A DNA stretch of 64,000 nucleotides from Bugula neritina. Lineage: Eukaryota > Animalia > Bryozoa. The notes beneath the pieces were generated by a model. It worked only from the letters and a program-made list of their open reading frames with translations. It was not told the DNA's origin and did no database searches. The first letter of the stretch is position 1; each line of letters opens with the position of its first letter. Positions 45,401-59,400 of the stretch are shown piece by piece. The position numbers and the translations under genes are program-made. Location of the stretch: the NCBI GenBank assembly GCA_964035545.1, contig OZ037765.1, forward strand, positions 33,913,504 through 33,977,503, written 5' to 3'.

Positions 45401-47559
45401 TTAAATATACTGTGTTGTTGCTGATCTTGGTTTAGAAGAAGCTGCTACACTGAATCAGATATAAATATACTGTAAACAATGTTGATGAAAATCACTGCTT
45501 TTGATTATATTGAATATATTTGCAGAGTTTTAATTCAGCTCACGGTTGTAAAAGAAAGTAAGTGTTGACACACATCTTACTAAAGCAAATAATATATTCA
45601 GCTTTAGTATATGATGTACAACAACTAGCATTTATATAACTTATATTTATATTGTCAATAATCTTTAAATATAATCAAATGTTTAATATCTATTTATCAT
45701 AACTTATTTGTGGCAAAATAAAATGTAGATTATTTAACTTTTATATAAGTTATGGACTTGACTAAATAATTAAATATATAGCTTTAGTATAAAATACATT
45801 ATTTAATAGGCTCTCATGTTAGTTATATTACCAATAATCATACAATCTATAAATATATTTAAAAGTGTAATACCTGTTTATAATGAACATTAAATAAGAA
45901 TAACCAACCTACTCTTTGGTCACATCTCAGTATACTAACTCAGTACCACAACTCAGTATACTGACTCAGATGTTGTATAGTCATCTATATTACTGAGTAG
46001 ATATAATTCCTGTAACTAACTGGACGCTGTTCAAGAAGAACACCCTAGCTATACTGAGCTATATTACTTAGAGTTGACTAGTAACAGCAACGGTTGCTAA
46101 GATACCATGATACAAACAGACAATAGGATGTTATATCAATAGCAACTACTATTCAGCCTGTTTGAGGTTTTCACATCCATATCAATAGAAACTAATATTC
46201 AGCTCATTGTATAACCTGTTTGAGGTTTTCACATTCATATTCAGTGTAACTGTAGACTGCAGCTTATTCAACATGTGTACTAGTCCTGAAGTATTTACAC
46301 ATTTACGCATGCATTCAAATTGTGCAAACTGGGTGTCAGGTAAGAATGGCACTGGCAAAAATAGCAGAAGTAAAATTGGCACAAGTAAAAATTGCACAGG
46401 TAATAATGGCACAGGTAATAACCGCAAAGGTAGCAAAATAGGTAAAAATAGCACATTTGCAATATTACGGTTTGGGCTTGGGGGGTTTGGAATGGGAGGG
46501 TTGGGGTTGGGGTTTGGAAAAATCTAACATCAGTTTGCCATTTTTACCTACTTTCCTTTATGCCATTTTTACCTGTGCCATTTTTACCTGTGCCATTTTT
46601 ACCTGTGCCATCTTTACCTGTGCCATTTTTACTTTTGCCACCTTCACCTTAAATCGTGCAAACTCATCATGTTTAGAATAATTATGGAGCAGCCATGATC
46701 TAAGGGTTAGAGCATTTGCTTAATGAACACAAAGCGATGGGTTCCAACCCGACAATGGCTATTCATGATGCTAGGAAAAGTACCCAGTCATAATTTCTCC
46801 TGTGCCTCATCTGAATAAGTCCTTAGCCAAATTTAGCAAAAACCTTTTCCATCCAGGGGTTTCTCACAAAGATGGAAGTTATAACCTTTCTTAGGTTATA
46901 TTAGGTTTAGAATAATTGTGTTGATCCAAAGAGCTTTACTTTGAATGCTTTATATGTCAGCTACAAACGCCTGAAGGTTATTTTAATACTTTCAATAATT
47001 GGAATGGATTTCTAAACATAGACAACTCTGTCATTGATTTCAGATAGCATGTGGAGCAGACATGTATATTGTGACACTAACGGGTAGTAAGTAACATGTG
47101 GTAGGTAGCAGGTAATAAGTAGCAGGTAGTAGGTAACAGGTAGTAGGTAAAAGGTAGTAGGTAACAGGTAGTAGGTAGTAGGTAACAGGTAGTAGGTAAA
47201 AGGTAGTAGGTAACAGGTAACAGGTAGTAGGTAACAGGTAACAGGTAGTAGGTAACAGGTAGCAGGTAACATGTAGTAGGTAGTAAATAGCAAGTATTAG
47301 ATAGATTTAAGCTGGGCATTTAAGTTCATAAAGTAAATTAAACTACTTGTTATTATAAGATGTGTGATCACTTCCTGTTAAAGTTTACCTAATCTATTGA
47401 ATTAAAATAGAAATTGTACACCATGAAAAACGTGTTTGTCTAAAAAAGAAATTATTATAGTGGACAATCATTTGGTTGAGTGTATCACCACATAGCACTG
47501 CAGGACTTGCGTGTAATAATTTATGTTATAAATATTATATTATATTATATTATTATATA

Positions 47560-47948
47560 ATATAATGTGTATTATATAATATACTGTGTAAGATATAATA
47601 TACTGTGTGTTATATAATATACTGTGTATTATATAATATACTGTGTGTTATATAATATACTGTGTATTATATAATATACTGTGTATTATATAATATACTG
47701 TGTATTATATAATAAACTGGGTATTATATAATATACTGTGTATTATATAATAAACTGTGTATTACATAATATCATACTGTGTATTATATAATATACTGTG
47801 TATTATATAATATACTGTGTATTATATAATATACTGTGTATTACATAATATACTGTGTATTATGTAATATACTGTGTCTTATATGATATACTGTGTGTTA
47901 TGTAATATACTGTGTGTTATACAATATACTGTGAGTTATATAATATAC
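47560..47948. repeat. 18-bp TATATAATATACTGTGTAT-type satellite (related array, partly inverted, at 8305-8620)
   Basis: Direct. Confidence 0.9.
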
Positions 47949-48954
47949 CATGATTATACCATGACTAGATCTTTGACGTACGTGTAATGCATACTTTTTT
48001 CACATAATACAAGTTATATGATATGGTATACTTTACATTATGTATAATATGAATTTTAATATTTGATAACATGCGGCATTTGATTATATGGTATTTTATT
48101 ATGTAATATGCTATAATGTTGTATTGTGTATATACAGCTTAGGAAGCTAAACATAATACTAAGTTTTGTTTTCTTATGTCATGCAATATATTATATTTTT
48201 TCATGATATAAAACATCTACTCTTTTATATTACGCAAGCTCAGCTTCAGTATTAATACAATTTGCAAATATTTTTTTCCATTACCTTTAATCTATGATTG
48301 AGAATAACAAACGTGATATATACTACAGAATACACCGTAATATTATATCATTCTAATAAAATGTGATTAAACAGAATCACAACTTTATTATGATATAAAA
48401 TACTGTTTGACTAAATATTATTATACAATCAGATGCTTTATAATTCACATCTTAGGTTACTGACTGTGTAGACCTGAGTCTGCATTTGAATAGAAGAACA
48501 GGTAGTAGGTAACAGGTAGTAAGTAACAGGCATTAGGTAACAGGTAGTAGGTAACAGGTAGTAGGTAACAGGTAGCAGGTAACAGGTAGTAGGTAACAGG
48601 CATTAGGTAACAGGTAGTAGGTAACAGGTAGTAAGTAACAGGCATTAGGTAACAGGTAGTAGGTAACAGGTAGTAGGTAACAGGTAGCAGGTAACAGATG
48701 GTTGGCAGAAGATTGAATTATTTAAGAGAAACTAAGTATAGGGAAAATTTTCTAACTTGATTTCAATTCTTAATTTGAATATTCTTATTATTGGCTACTT
48801 ATTGAATAGGAATTTATTTGTTACAGGTGCTTTGATTGGTTGAGTAAAGGGTTACAACCACTGAACTGACACTATAAGGGTCATAGTTCAATGGTGGCAA
48901 CTAGGATAGAAATCTTGTTTTACCAGTATTATGTGCCAACAATTGCTTTATATG

Positions 48955-49497
48955 ATTGTATACTTACCTATATACTCTGTATATACTGTATACTTACTTT
49001 AACTCTTTATATACTGTATACTTACCTCTACTCTGTATATACTCTATACTTACCTATACACTCTATATATACTGTATACTTACCTCTACTCTGTATATAC
49101 CCTATACTTACTTTAACTCTGTATATACTGTATACTTACCTCTACTCTGTATATACTGTATACTTACCTCTACTCTGTATATACTGTGTACTTACCTCTA
49201 CTCTGTATATACTCTATACTTACCTATACACTCTATATATACTGTATACTTACCTCTACTCTGTATATACTCTATACTTACCTATACACTCTGTATATAC
49301 TGTATACTTACCTGCACTCTGTATATACTGTATACTTACCTGCACTCTGTATATACTCTATACTTACCTATACACTCTGTATATACTGTATACTTACCTA
49401 TACACTCTGTATATACTGTATACTTACCTGCACTCTGTATATACTGTAAACTTACCTCTACTCTGTATATACTGTATACTTACCTCTACTCTGTGTA
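48955..49497. repeat. About 26-30-bp TATACTTACC...CTCTGTATATAC tandem repeat
   Basis: Direct; explains the spurious Tyr/Leu-rich ORFs. Confidence 0.92.
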
Positions 49498-50297
49498 CAT
49501 ACATACGTAGACTGCTTTGCAGAAGTTACCTCCAACACTAAATAAGTTCTCAACCAGAGTAAAACTCAGTATGTGCTTCTACTGTCCTCCCTGGTAGACA
49601 ATGTTTCATGTTGAACTTTCCCTAGCTCTGCTCTAACAGTATCCCTATCTGATTGTTAACATCTTCACAAATAGTCTGTTATTTTATTAATTAAATAGAT
49701 AAATAATATAATGCTTCAATGTTATGTCAAGTTTTCTGAATATACATTGTAGTTATCTTCTCTTGACTAAGGAGACAAATAATCGAGGTGTATTACTTAT
49801 AATATATTTATTAAGATATTGAACACACAGGATACTATACTATATATAATATATTATAAAGATAGATACACAAATAAAGTACAACAGAGACAGATAAACC
49901 TGAGGCTGTGTTCAGGAAGGATTTGTTTGCCCCCAACCATAATACAAGTTCACAGTCTACACACAATGCAGGCAGTCCAGGTGCAGAAATATTTGCAGTA
50001 AAGTGTTAGGGCTTTGTTAAAAATGTCACAAGCTTGAATTTATAAGCACTGCATTCACATCATGGGCATAAAAGTTAACATAAAATGTTGTTTATCATTC
50101 ACAAGTAAGTGGGTGGAGTTTAAAAAATTCAAACCACCTGTCTCATAGTGTCACCTGTAATGACATGTCATAGTGTCTATATCTAAATTACTAGTTAGTC
50201 ATATACAATAAGTGTGTATATAAGTGTAACCATGTGGTTACAGTATGGAGTAGCTGTAGTAGGGTGTTTCGCAGAAATATTTGTTTAATGTAATGAG

Positions 50298-50444
50298 TTA
50301 GGAGTCGCCTTCTCTCCTGTAGCCATTAAACCCAGGAAACAGGTAAAGTTTTCTCATATGAGTGAGAGTATCCCAGACTACAACCAACTGTCCTCCACTT
50401 TCAAAATCCCGATCTACACACAGTTTTCTCACTTTAGTCTGCAC
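50298..50444 (-). CDS. Gene A terminal exon, caspase p10 C-terminus
   Basis: actcag|GTG; VQTKV...GQLVVVWDTLTHMRKLYLFPG...; stop TAA at 50300-50298. Confidence 0.88.
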   Translation of the reverse strand: MQTKVRKLCVDRDFESGGQLVVVWDTLTHMRKLYLFPGFNGYRREGDS

Positions 50445-53400
50445 CTGAGTAACAGTTGAAAATGTATATATATATAAAGATGCAGTCATCAGTTTTATAA
50501 ATTCACAGGCTTTTCAATATAGCAAAGTCATGTATGTATTGGTATCTTTTCAAATGACTAACTCAAAGCAACAGCTGTTAGAATGAATATGAAAGGCAAA
50601 TTAATTCCTTAATCATTTAGATCATTTATATTACACATACAACAATTGTTCCAGTAATATTTGAGAGATTTGTTTCAGTTTAGAAGAGTAGATTAGGTTT
50701 GGCTGGGAATTTGAAGCTGTATGACTTCTAACTCAATGATATGAAATCACCTCAAGACTCTCATTATGTTATACTCAACTCACTCTCTCATACAGTTAGT
50801 AGACATGCATATCCTAGTGTGGTGTAACTTAGTGCATTAAACCTTCAACATGTCTAACTGTACAATACTACACCTACTGTATAGTGGGTCACACCTACCT
50901 GTTTGAATATAGTGTAGAGGTCATGGTGACAGGCATGTTTATACATGGAGGATACAAGAGCTCTAATCATTAGAGATCCATACACAGGATGTCTCTTTGA
51001 TATGAATGCTACAAGTAAATTGTATAACAGGAAGATGCAAAATAGAAATGAGACTCTTTGCCAACATAAACTAATATCATATATGCAGTACAAGATAGTG
51101 TGTGTTACTTACACTCCATGCTAGATTTCACTACTAGCAGGTCATCATAGTTCAGTCTAGTCATAGCTTCAGCATTCTCTAATCTAGGAACTTTAGCAGG
51201 TGGGGGTGAGATACATTCCGACTCTTCTTTTTGTGAGTTTCCGATATCAAATCTGTCTATACCTCTATGGCCATAGTCACTCCTCTCTGTGAAATAAATA
51301 ACACCACTGTATATTCTTGAAATAATAAGCAGATAATTTCAAATACGCAAATCTTAATAATTTTAAAAGTTTCTAATAATAATATATAATTAATAGAACA
51401 TAGTATATACAACACACAAATGATAAACATGTTTATATCTGATCATGTCTATTACTCATCCCTATAACACAAAACAGTTCATATCTGTAAGTGGACTAGT
51501 CTAATCAAGTAAAAGTACACCACATTGTAGTCACTGGAGATAGCTGCGTCATACTGAAACTCTCAGTCTGTTCACATGAGGCTGATATTACATCATCACA
51601 CCATACAACTCTCTAAAATAAGCTTTTAAAAGAATACCTAGGACTATAGTTACTATAAGTATGTTGCTGCTAAAATAGAGTAATTTATAATTTTACTGTT
51701 GAAAAAACTTTAGTTGATTGGAGAGGGTATAATCATTGCTGCTACTATACAACTGTTCTTTGCATTATCCACCCTGTGAGATAGTCCACATATTAGAGCC
51801 GCTGCTAATGCCATTATAAATAAATCAATATGCAATGCAAGAGGGACAACTCACTATCAACTGTGCTTGACTTAAATGATTTGACCTTCACTAGAAACTT
51901 TGCCTAAAGTAACGACTTTGTCTAACTTACGGAATAAATATCTGTTGTGTAATAAACAACTGTGTAAACACGAATAGCATATTATTCTCTTTTTATAGCA
52001 GCTTTTTACCTCCACTACATGTTTCCAGTATAACAACTTTTGGTTTGCCAGCCATTCCTGTGAAGTTCAAAGGGGTCAAAAGGTCATACACATCTGTTAG
52101 TTTGACTCGTTTCAGGTCTGTACTATAGATGTGGTTGTTCAGCCCTCCATGAGTCATGATAACCAACACATGACATCCCAGATCTTCATGTTCCTCTTTT
52201 GTCACCTCAGATTTTATAGCAGACAGCATTTCCTATAAATTACCAGACAGTAAAATATTGAAATGGAATGGCGCATATAAAAAAAGACCATGAATCTATT
52301 TTTTTTAATTTAATGTTTTTAAAATAACCTACCTCAGCCTTCAAGTCTGTGTGTGTCACAACATGAAACTTGAGAGATTTCAACATGGCAGACATATTCT
52401 CAACATCTACATCTGAACCTTTCCTACATAAATCGGGTCTCTTATCAAAGTTCATGTTGTTTATTATCAGAGCTCTTCCTCGTTTTCTAGTCATAGTAAA
52501 CACCTGAACACAAAATATAACTAGCTACATGTTATATTGACATAGAGGTCATGCAATGCATCTAAACATGTTGAGTAACAATCTGATATTCTAATAACTA
52601 GAAACAATGTTTTGAAGTAATTTATTTTACCGTTATTTAACACATGTAATGATTACCCATAGTACATTATAATACAATTTCTTCTTCCTGTATACTATCC
52701 AACACATTCTATACATGAAATGAAGAATAATAACTAAAACTTTGTCAAATGGGAGAATTAATAAACATTAGCATTAGATATGTGATCACCTTGTCAGTGT
52801 TTGAGAACAGCTGCTTTATCTTTGGGTTACTAGTGGGATTCAGTCTGAGTCTTATAAACTTCATCTTTTCAACTTCCTTTCTATCAGGGAGCAGATTCTC
52901 ATCCTCATCAGAGAGATCACTGAGATCGTTATTGGCTATTGCAGAAGTTGTTCCATGATCTGATTGGCTACTGTTTGCAACTGCAAAGTATAAACATACT
53001 GCATTACAAAGGAGGACAGATGAAACTAGAAGTAGCAGACACAGTTTTCTTCCTGCAAATTTATTGAAGAATAAATGTAATTGAAACAGAAACTCAATAG
53101 ATTTTAGTTACCAGGTAGAGCTGAGATTTTCTGAGCCCTTCTAACTTTCAGATCTTTCACAAATTCTGTTAACATACCAATTTCTCTGTCCGACAATGTC
53201 TGACCTATACATAACATATTTTTAAATACTTGTTAGTCTTTTATTCTTGTGGTATCTTCAAATGATCAAGAGAACATAATAGTGTGTGACATTGAGTGAC
53301 AATTTGTCCAACACTCATGCAAGAAGAATATATAATTTTCAAGCCACCAGACAGTGATGTAAGTAAACTTACATGGGTATAAAAGTGCACTGGGAATCTC

Positions 53401-56400
53401 CTCATTGTTGCACAATGTCATTGAAAATCCAGTGCAGAGTCTAGCATCTGGTGGTGAGTATTTCAAGGAGCGAAGACACCATTGTGGGTGGAGCACTTTC
53501 ATAGGACAGGAAACTTCTAGCAGAATACAGTGAGCACAGTAGCATGTAGTGACTGGTCTACTCGCTGTCCAAGTTTGTAGAACATGTCTAAGAATGTTGT
53601 TGTTGGTGGTGATGAGTCTCTCCCACATTCTGCTGATGTTGGCAGCATTAGATGACACATAAAGTGATACTTTTCTAGACTTGTAGTCATGTACCAGCTG
53701 TGTGTAGAATCCATCTTGATAGACATTGGCTCCATTTCTTCTCACTTTTATCCTGGGACAGTCACCGGGAAACAACTCCAACAAGCCGACTGTCATTTGG
53801 TGGTAGACATATTGTGGCAGGGCTAGACCATTGAACTGTGTCTCAACTTGGAGAAGCATTTCCTTTGGTGGAGAGTACGCAGTAAAAAAAAACTTCCGGG
53901 CAAACTGAGGTACAATAAACTCAGGTTCTTCCGATTTGGTTTCTACCGGACCGTGCAGCAACCGGAATGTCTGAAGTACGCTGAGAGCAAGGTTAACATC
54001 CTTCGCTTTACTGAATGATGTCTCTTTTTCAATCAGATGAAAAAGAAGATGTTTCATCATCAAACCAGTGTCAGTGAAATGATTAACAGATTTCTCAAAG
54101 TCCTGCTTTTCAAAACGTATTCCAGTCTGTGAATAGTATGGCTGGAACTCATCAACCCTACTCTGCCATATGTTTGAATCATGATGATACAAGACACAGA
54201 GGAGTTTGGTAACTTGTGAAATCTTGTGGAATACGTATGGCCGGAGAGAGCTGATCTCTTTATACCACAAGACTTTGCCGCAGTCATGCATGTATGTGAG
54301 GATTATGTCCAGCTGACTTGACTCAATGTGTTGAAGTTCTGTTTGTATGTAATTCAGTATCTCATCAAAAGTACTGTACACAGAGGGAATAAACAGCACT
54401 TTTTCATTCACTTCTTCCCAAACCAGGGGTAAAGGTTTCACAAAATGTTGACTGCTTTGAAGAAGAGAATCTTTGATCAGGTCAAACACTTCGTACTTAT
54501 CATCTTTCCCCACCTCATAAATGTCCTCACCAAGAAAAACTCCTTCAGCTGACTCACTAAAATACTTGATTTGAGCAAACTCTCCACCCAATGCTTTTTC
54601 TTCCATGATCATCTCCTCACACAGTTGATTGGAAGTTTCAAGAAAATGTTTTTGAAGCTTTTGGAATTCTGTACTTTGAAACTTATCTTTATGTGTGAAG
54701 ATAAGTTTTGGAGCACCCAGAGTTGGGTTAGCCAGATAGAGGTGAGACATGTAATCAAAGGCTAATCTTCTAACAGCTTCTCTGTGTGTTGATTCACTTG
54801 AAATTTCATCATACTGTTCCATGTTGACTACTATGACTGGAATACAGTTCTGTCTCAGTGTCAGTTGATAGGTGATATGGTAGACCTCCTGGCCTCCCAT
54901 ATCAATGACACGGAGTACTGTACCATCCACCTCCACCTCTTCAACATTAAACACCTTTGTTGTCTCATCTCTCACAGCATCTGGCCCTCTGTTAGTCAGA
55001 ACTCTCTTTCTGTCAGCATTCTGTAATGTTCTGATTAGACTGGTCTTTCCAGCCATAGTATTACCCAGCACAGCTATAGTAGCGAATGGAAGACTTCTAC
55101 CAGCTCCTTTAGCCAAGTCTGTGTAGTATTGTCTCACAGCATCTACTCCTCTCTCACATACTTCTAGTGGAGGAGATGTGAGAGTATTACAACGTCTAAC
55201 ATGCAGTGTATGAAGCTGAGCTAGCTGTAGTATCTCAGGATCTAAGGATGTCAGGGAGTAGTTGGAGGATACATCCAGTTCCTGCAGACTACTCAGTGTG
55301 TACACATGCAGGAGATGGTAAACTAGTGAACTTATTTGATGATATGTTCAGCTCCTCTAACTTCTGTAGATTCTGCATGCTGTTAAATAACATACATAAT
55401 AAGAGATGTAAAAAGCAATATGACACATATAACATACACACTGTAGAAGAGAATGCACATAGATAATCGAATGATGAAATATTGTACATGCTTTTCCTAT
55501 TGCATGGACATCAGATTTTCTTACAAATACTTCAGCGCATGGAAGTACTTCAAGCTAATTGATAAAGTGGCAGGTCAAAGCTGAAAAATACTACTAATTC
55601 TCTTTATATTTTGACCAGAACTTATAGCAGCTATAGTATAATTGGATATCATTTCCTGCAGATCTTGACTTCATGCAGTAATTAGCTCACTTTCCTTGTT
55701 GAGGGATAATTCTTAATAGGGTGAACTTGCTAATAGGTCCTTCATATTAATAGATAACAGAAGCTTTAAAGTGATGATGTAATGAAGGGTAGTGTGTGTG
55801 ACCTTTGCATAAACTGTTCTGGTAAATATCACACATAATAGAGAGTTGAATAATTATTTAAAAAGATGTCATGATACACAATATCAGTATAGTCTGGCAG
55901 AACTGGGGGTTAGGTCCCAATCTCGGATAAAGTTTTTTTCTATTTTGAGAGTGCAGGTAAATGTTTCCAGGTGGGTGTGGACCTGCCACCCTTGAGCATT
56001 TCGAGAAATCCAAGATGCGGTTGTTGTTGACCCCTTTTATAACTTTAAAAAGCATAGCTAAAGTTTTAAAACTGACAATAACTATTACGTTGGCAGCTCA
56101 AAAAACTTTTTTGATAGGCATGCTTATAGTTTGAAATAAATTGCTATTTAGCTCATATGACAATGACATTGCATTTTAATTTTACAGAACCTCTTTTAGC
56201 TTTATTTGGTGGACATATTTGTAATGACCATATAAAATTACACCATATATAGTAAATTTTCATGAATTTAGAACAAACTGATGCAGAGATGAAAGGAAAT
56301 TATAAACACGGCAAGGCTATAGTAGGTTAAATTTGAAAAAATGTATGATTAAGGCTTAGCTTAGTTACCCTAGGGTGTCATTTGCCTATTACTCAATAAT

Positions 56401-59400
56401 GCACATGACAAAGGCACATGCATCTTTATTATATCAATTTAAAAAGATTTCAAAGCATTGGAACCTTAAATTTAGCCCCGATGGATAGGTGCATTTGAAT
56501 CATAAAAAATTGTCTGGTGCCTGGCGGCCATCTTGAATTTCTCTAAATGCTCAAGGGTAAGAAATCCACACCCACTTGGAAACATTTACTTAGACCCTAT
56601 ATTTGAATAATCAGGAGAGAAAAAACTTTATCCGGGATTGCGAACCTAAGTCAAAAATTGGCATTTTTCTGCCACACCAGTATATATCTATTCCTCTACA
56701 GAACTTGATAAAATATATAGTTTATTGTCATCTGGTAAAAGTTATATGACTTTACTGTATCCTCTTTGAACATAATATAATATTCACATCTTAATAATCA
56801 CTGCCTTTTATCTTAACTGTGCATACTGTAGATAGTCAATGTATATCTATGCTAGCCTGCAGCTGACACAAACCAGCTATACATACTAACATAAGTTTGC
56901 TAAATGTACCACTCAAATAATAGCAGCATGAGGTAGAAGTAGAACAACTCAGCCAAGCAACACTCAACAACAACCAGAAGAGTTGAGTCACCACACAATA
57001 CAAAGTTACACCTTCTACTGGTAGCTGGTCTAAGATCAGATAGCTGTGAGATAATACACTTATACCCTTAGAGTAAACAGTTATTAGTACTGCACACACT
57101 GTAAGCTACAAACTCTGTAGCTGTCAACCAATAGAAATATTGTCTCCTTAACCAATGACAATGCAAGTCACTTTCATAACCAATCATAACTAAGTGTAGG
57201 GCCACACTACTGCCACACACATTGCAAAAATGTATTAGCCAGTGGTGTTGGCGTTAAATTTACTGCTCGCTACAGGTGTTTGGATATTATAAAAGCGGGA
57301 ATGCAAACTATATAAAACTGTTTTAAAAGTTAAATCGTAAATTAAAATAAAAAAGTGTGCTTGCTAAATATTACATGATAATAAGCCAATTAGCTCAATC
57401 AGCTGAAAATCCCGCTCATGACGTCCAATTTTTGGGCTAAACGTGTGGCCCTACACTAAAAACTTTCTGAACTGAACAACCTGCTGTTATAATTAAATAG
57501 CTAGCTAGCAGTATGAATAGTCACTAAATAGCTAGCTAGCAGTATGAATAGTCACTAAATACTAGCTAACAGTATGAATAGTCACTAAATACTAGCTAAC
57601 AGTATGAATAGTCACTAAATACTAGTTAGCAGCAGGGTTGGGGTAATTGTAATTTGTAATTGTAATTGGCTGTAATTAATTACATTTTTTCAAGTAATTG
57701 AATGTAATTTGTAATTGAGGCTTAAAAATGTAATTGTAATTGTAATTGTAATTAATTACATATCTAATGTAATTGATTTTTACAATTACTTTATAATTAC
57801 ATGTCAATTACTTCAAACTTTTAAATCTTAAAAAACTCCTTCTTTTTCTACAATGCCTACTGTTAAATAACAAGTTCAGATAGTTAGGTCAATATAGTAG
57901 GGTCATTCCATGCCAGCTCACCGAATTGCACGCGTCTATTTGCGTCTCAGATTTTGTTCATGTTTACACCAAATAGACCTACACATGCCTCAAGTACTCT
58001 TCTTCAGTATTTCTGACCTGACACAAATTTTTTTGAGAACTGACTACTTTTGTGGACAAAGGTTGAGAAACATTTTGAGTAAAATTTGTGATTTCTACTT
58101 TTAGACTAATCTATAAACGTCTATATCTCAATCATTTTTCTAGCCTGAGCCTTAAAATTTGCTGTGTGATTTGATAATACCTATCAATTTGCACTAGTAG
58201 CAACACATATTACAGAATACTTTGTGTGCATATATGCAAAGTCATTGAATATGAACAAATCTTTGTAAATTTTGAAAAATTTCAATTACTCGCCTAATCA
58301 AATTTTAAATTACTTATAAATTGGTTTAAAAGTATAAATCACAAATTTTCCTCAAAATATTTTCCAACCTTTGTTCACCAAAGTAGTAATTTCGCAAAGT
58401 GTTTTTGTGTCAGGCCAGAAATATTCACGAATGGTGATCTGAACATGTGTAGGGCCATTTAGTGTAAATATGAGCAAAATCTGAGACACAAAGACTTGGG
58501 ACCCCTTGAAAGTTGGTTGATTTGGTATGGAATGATATAATAGTATCACTGTAGAAAACAAAAGAGGTTCACCACTGTCAACACTGCCCCTGGTAGCTAG
58601 ACCCTAGAAGTGACTTCTATTTATTCCTTGTGAGAACAAAAGTAATTGTAATTGTAATTAATTACATTGCCATGTAATTGTAATTGTAATTAATTACATT
58701 TATTTTTACTGTAATTATAATTGTAATTGTAATTGACAAATCTTCATGTAATTGTAATTGTAATTAATTACATTTACATGTAATTGACCCCAACCCTGGT
58801 TAGCAGTATGAATAGTCACTAAATACTAGCTAACAGTATGAATAGTCACTAAATACTGCAGCTAGCAGTATGAATAGTCACTATATACTAGCTAGCAGTA
58901 TGAATAGTCACTAAATACTAGCGAGCAGTATGAATAGTCACTAAATACTAGCTAACAGTATGAATAGTCACTAAATACTAGCTAGCAGTATGAATAGGTG
59001 GGAGTACTCTGTCTAGTGTATATTCCTCTCACTTGTTCACCATGATCAGCTATTATATATATTACAGTATCATCTTACACTATAATACAATACACACCTG
59101 TTTGGTAGAGTTGACAGTTCACATTGATTCATGTTCAACTCTCTCAATGATAGTAAGGATGTGAATATATTGTCAGGTAGACCTTCAGATAGCTTATTCT
59201 CTAATATATTCAATACCTCAAGATTCTTCAGTGAAGATATGCTGTAACATAACATACAGATATAGAAACACTCTGTAGCTCATACATACAAAGTGTGATA
59301 ACAGAGTTTTAGAATATTATTATGACTCTGTATTTCTATCATCTAACCTCTAGACAACCTTGGGCATAGCAGTTGTATTATGATGAGTGACAATTAAGGA

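Larger units (their letters stand above)
30316..47290. repeat. Four-copy tandem segmental duplication (about 2.2-kb unit) between genes A and B
   Basis: Units at about 30316-32139(+36326-36400), 36400-38580, 38581-38691+42445-44531, 44532-47076; copies 2 and 3 nearly identical; further fragment at 48498-48940. Confidence 0.92.

Noticed and set aside
48891-49541. 216-aa and 184-aa Tyr/Leu-rich ORFs
   Set aside because: Stop-free by-products of a tandem repeat.
56836-57099. 87-aa hydrophobic ORF as an extra (transmembrane) exon of gene A
   Set aside because: No convincing in-phase splice sites, and the paralogous segment in gene B (about 11280-11940) is interrupted by an insertion. Treated as conserved intron.
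59070-59255. MLCYS...RCVLYYSVE ORFs as stand-alone small genes
   Set aside because: The shared MLCY and CVLYY ends are translated splice acceptor and donor intron sequence; the real unit is the 144-nt exon.
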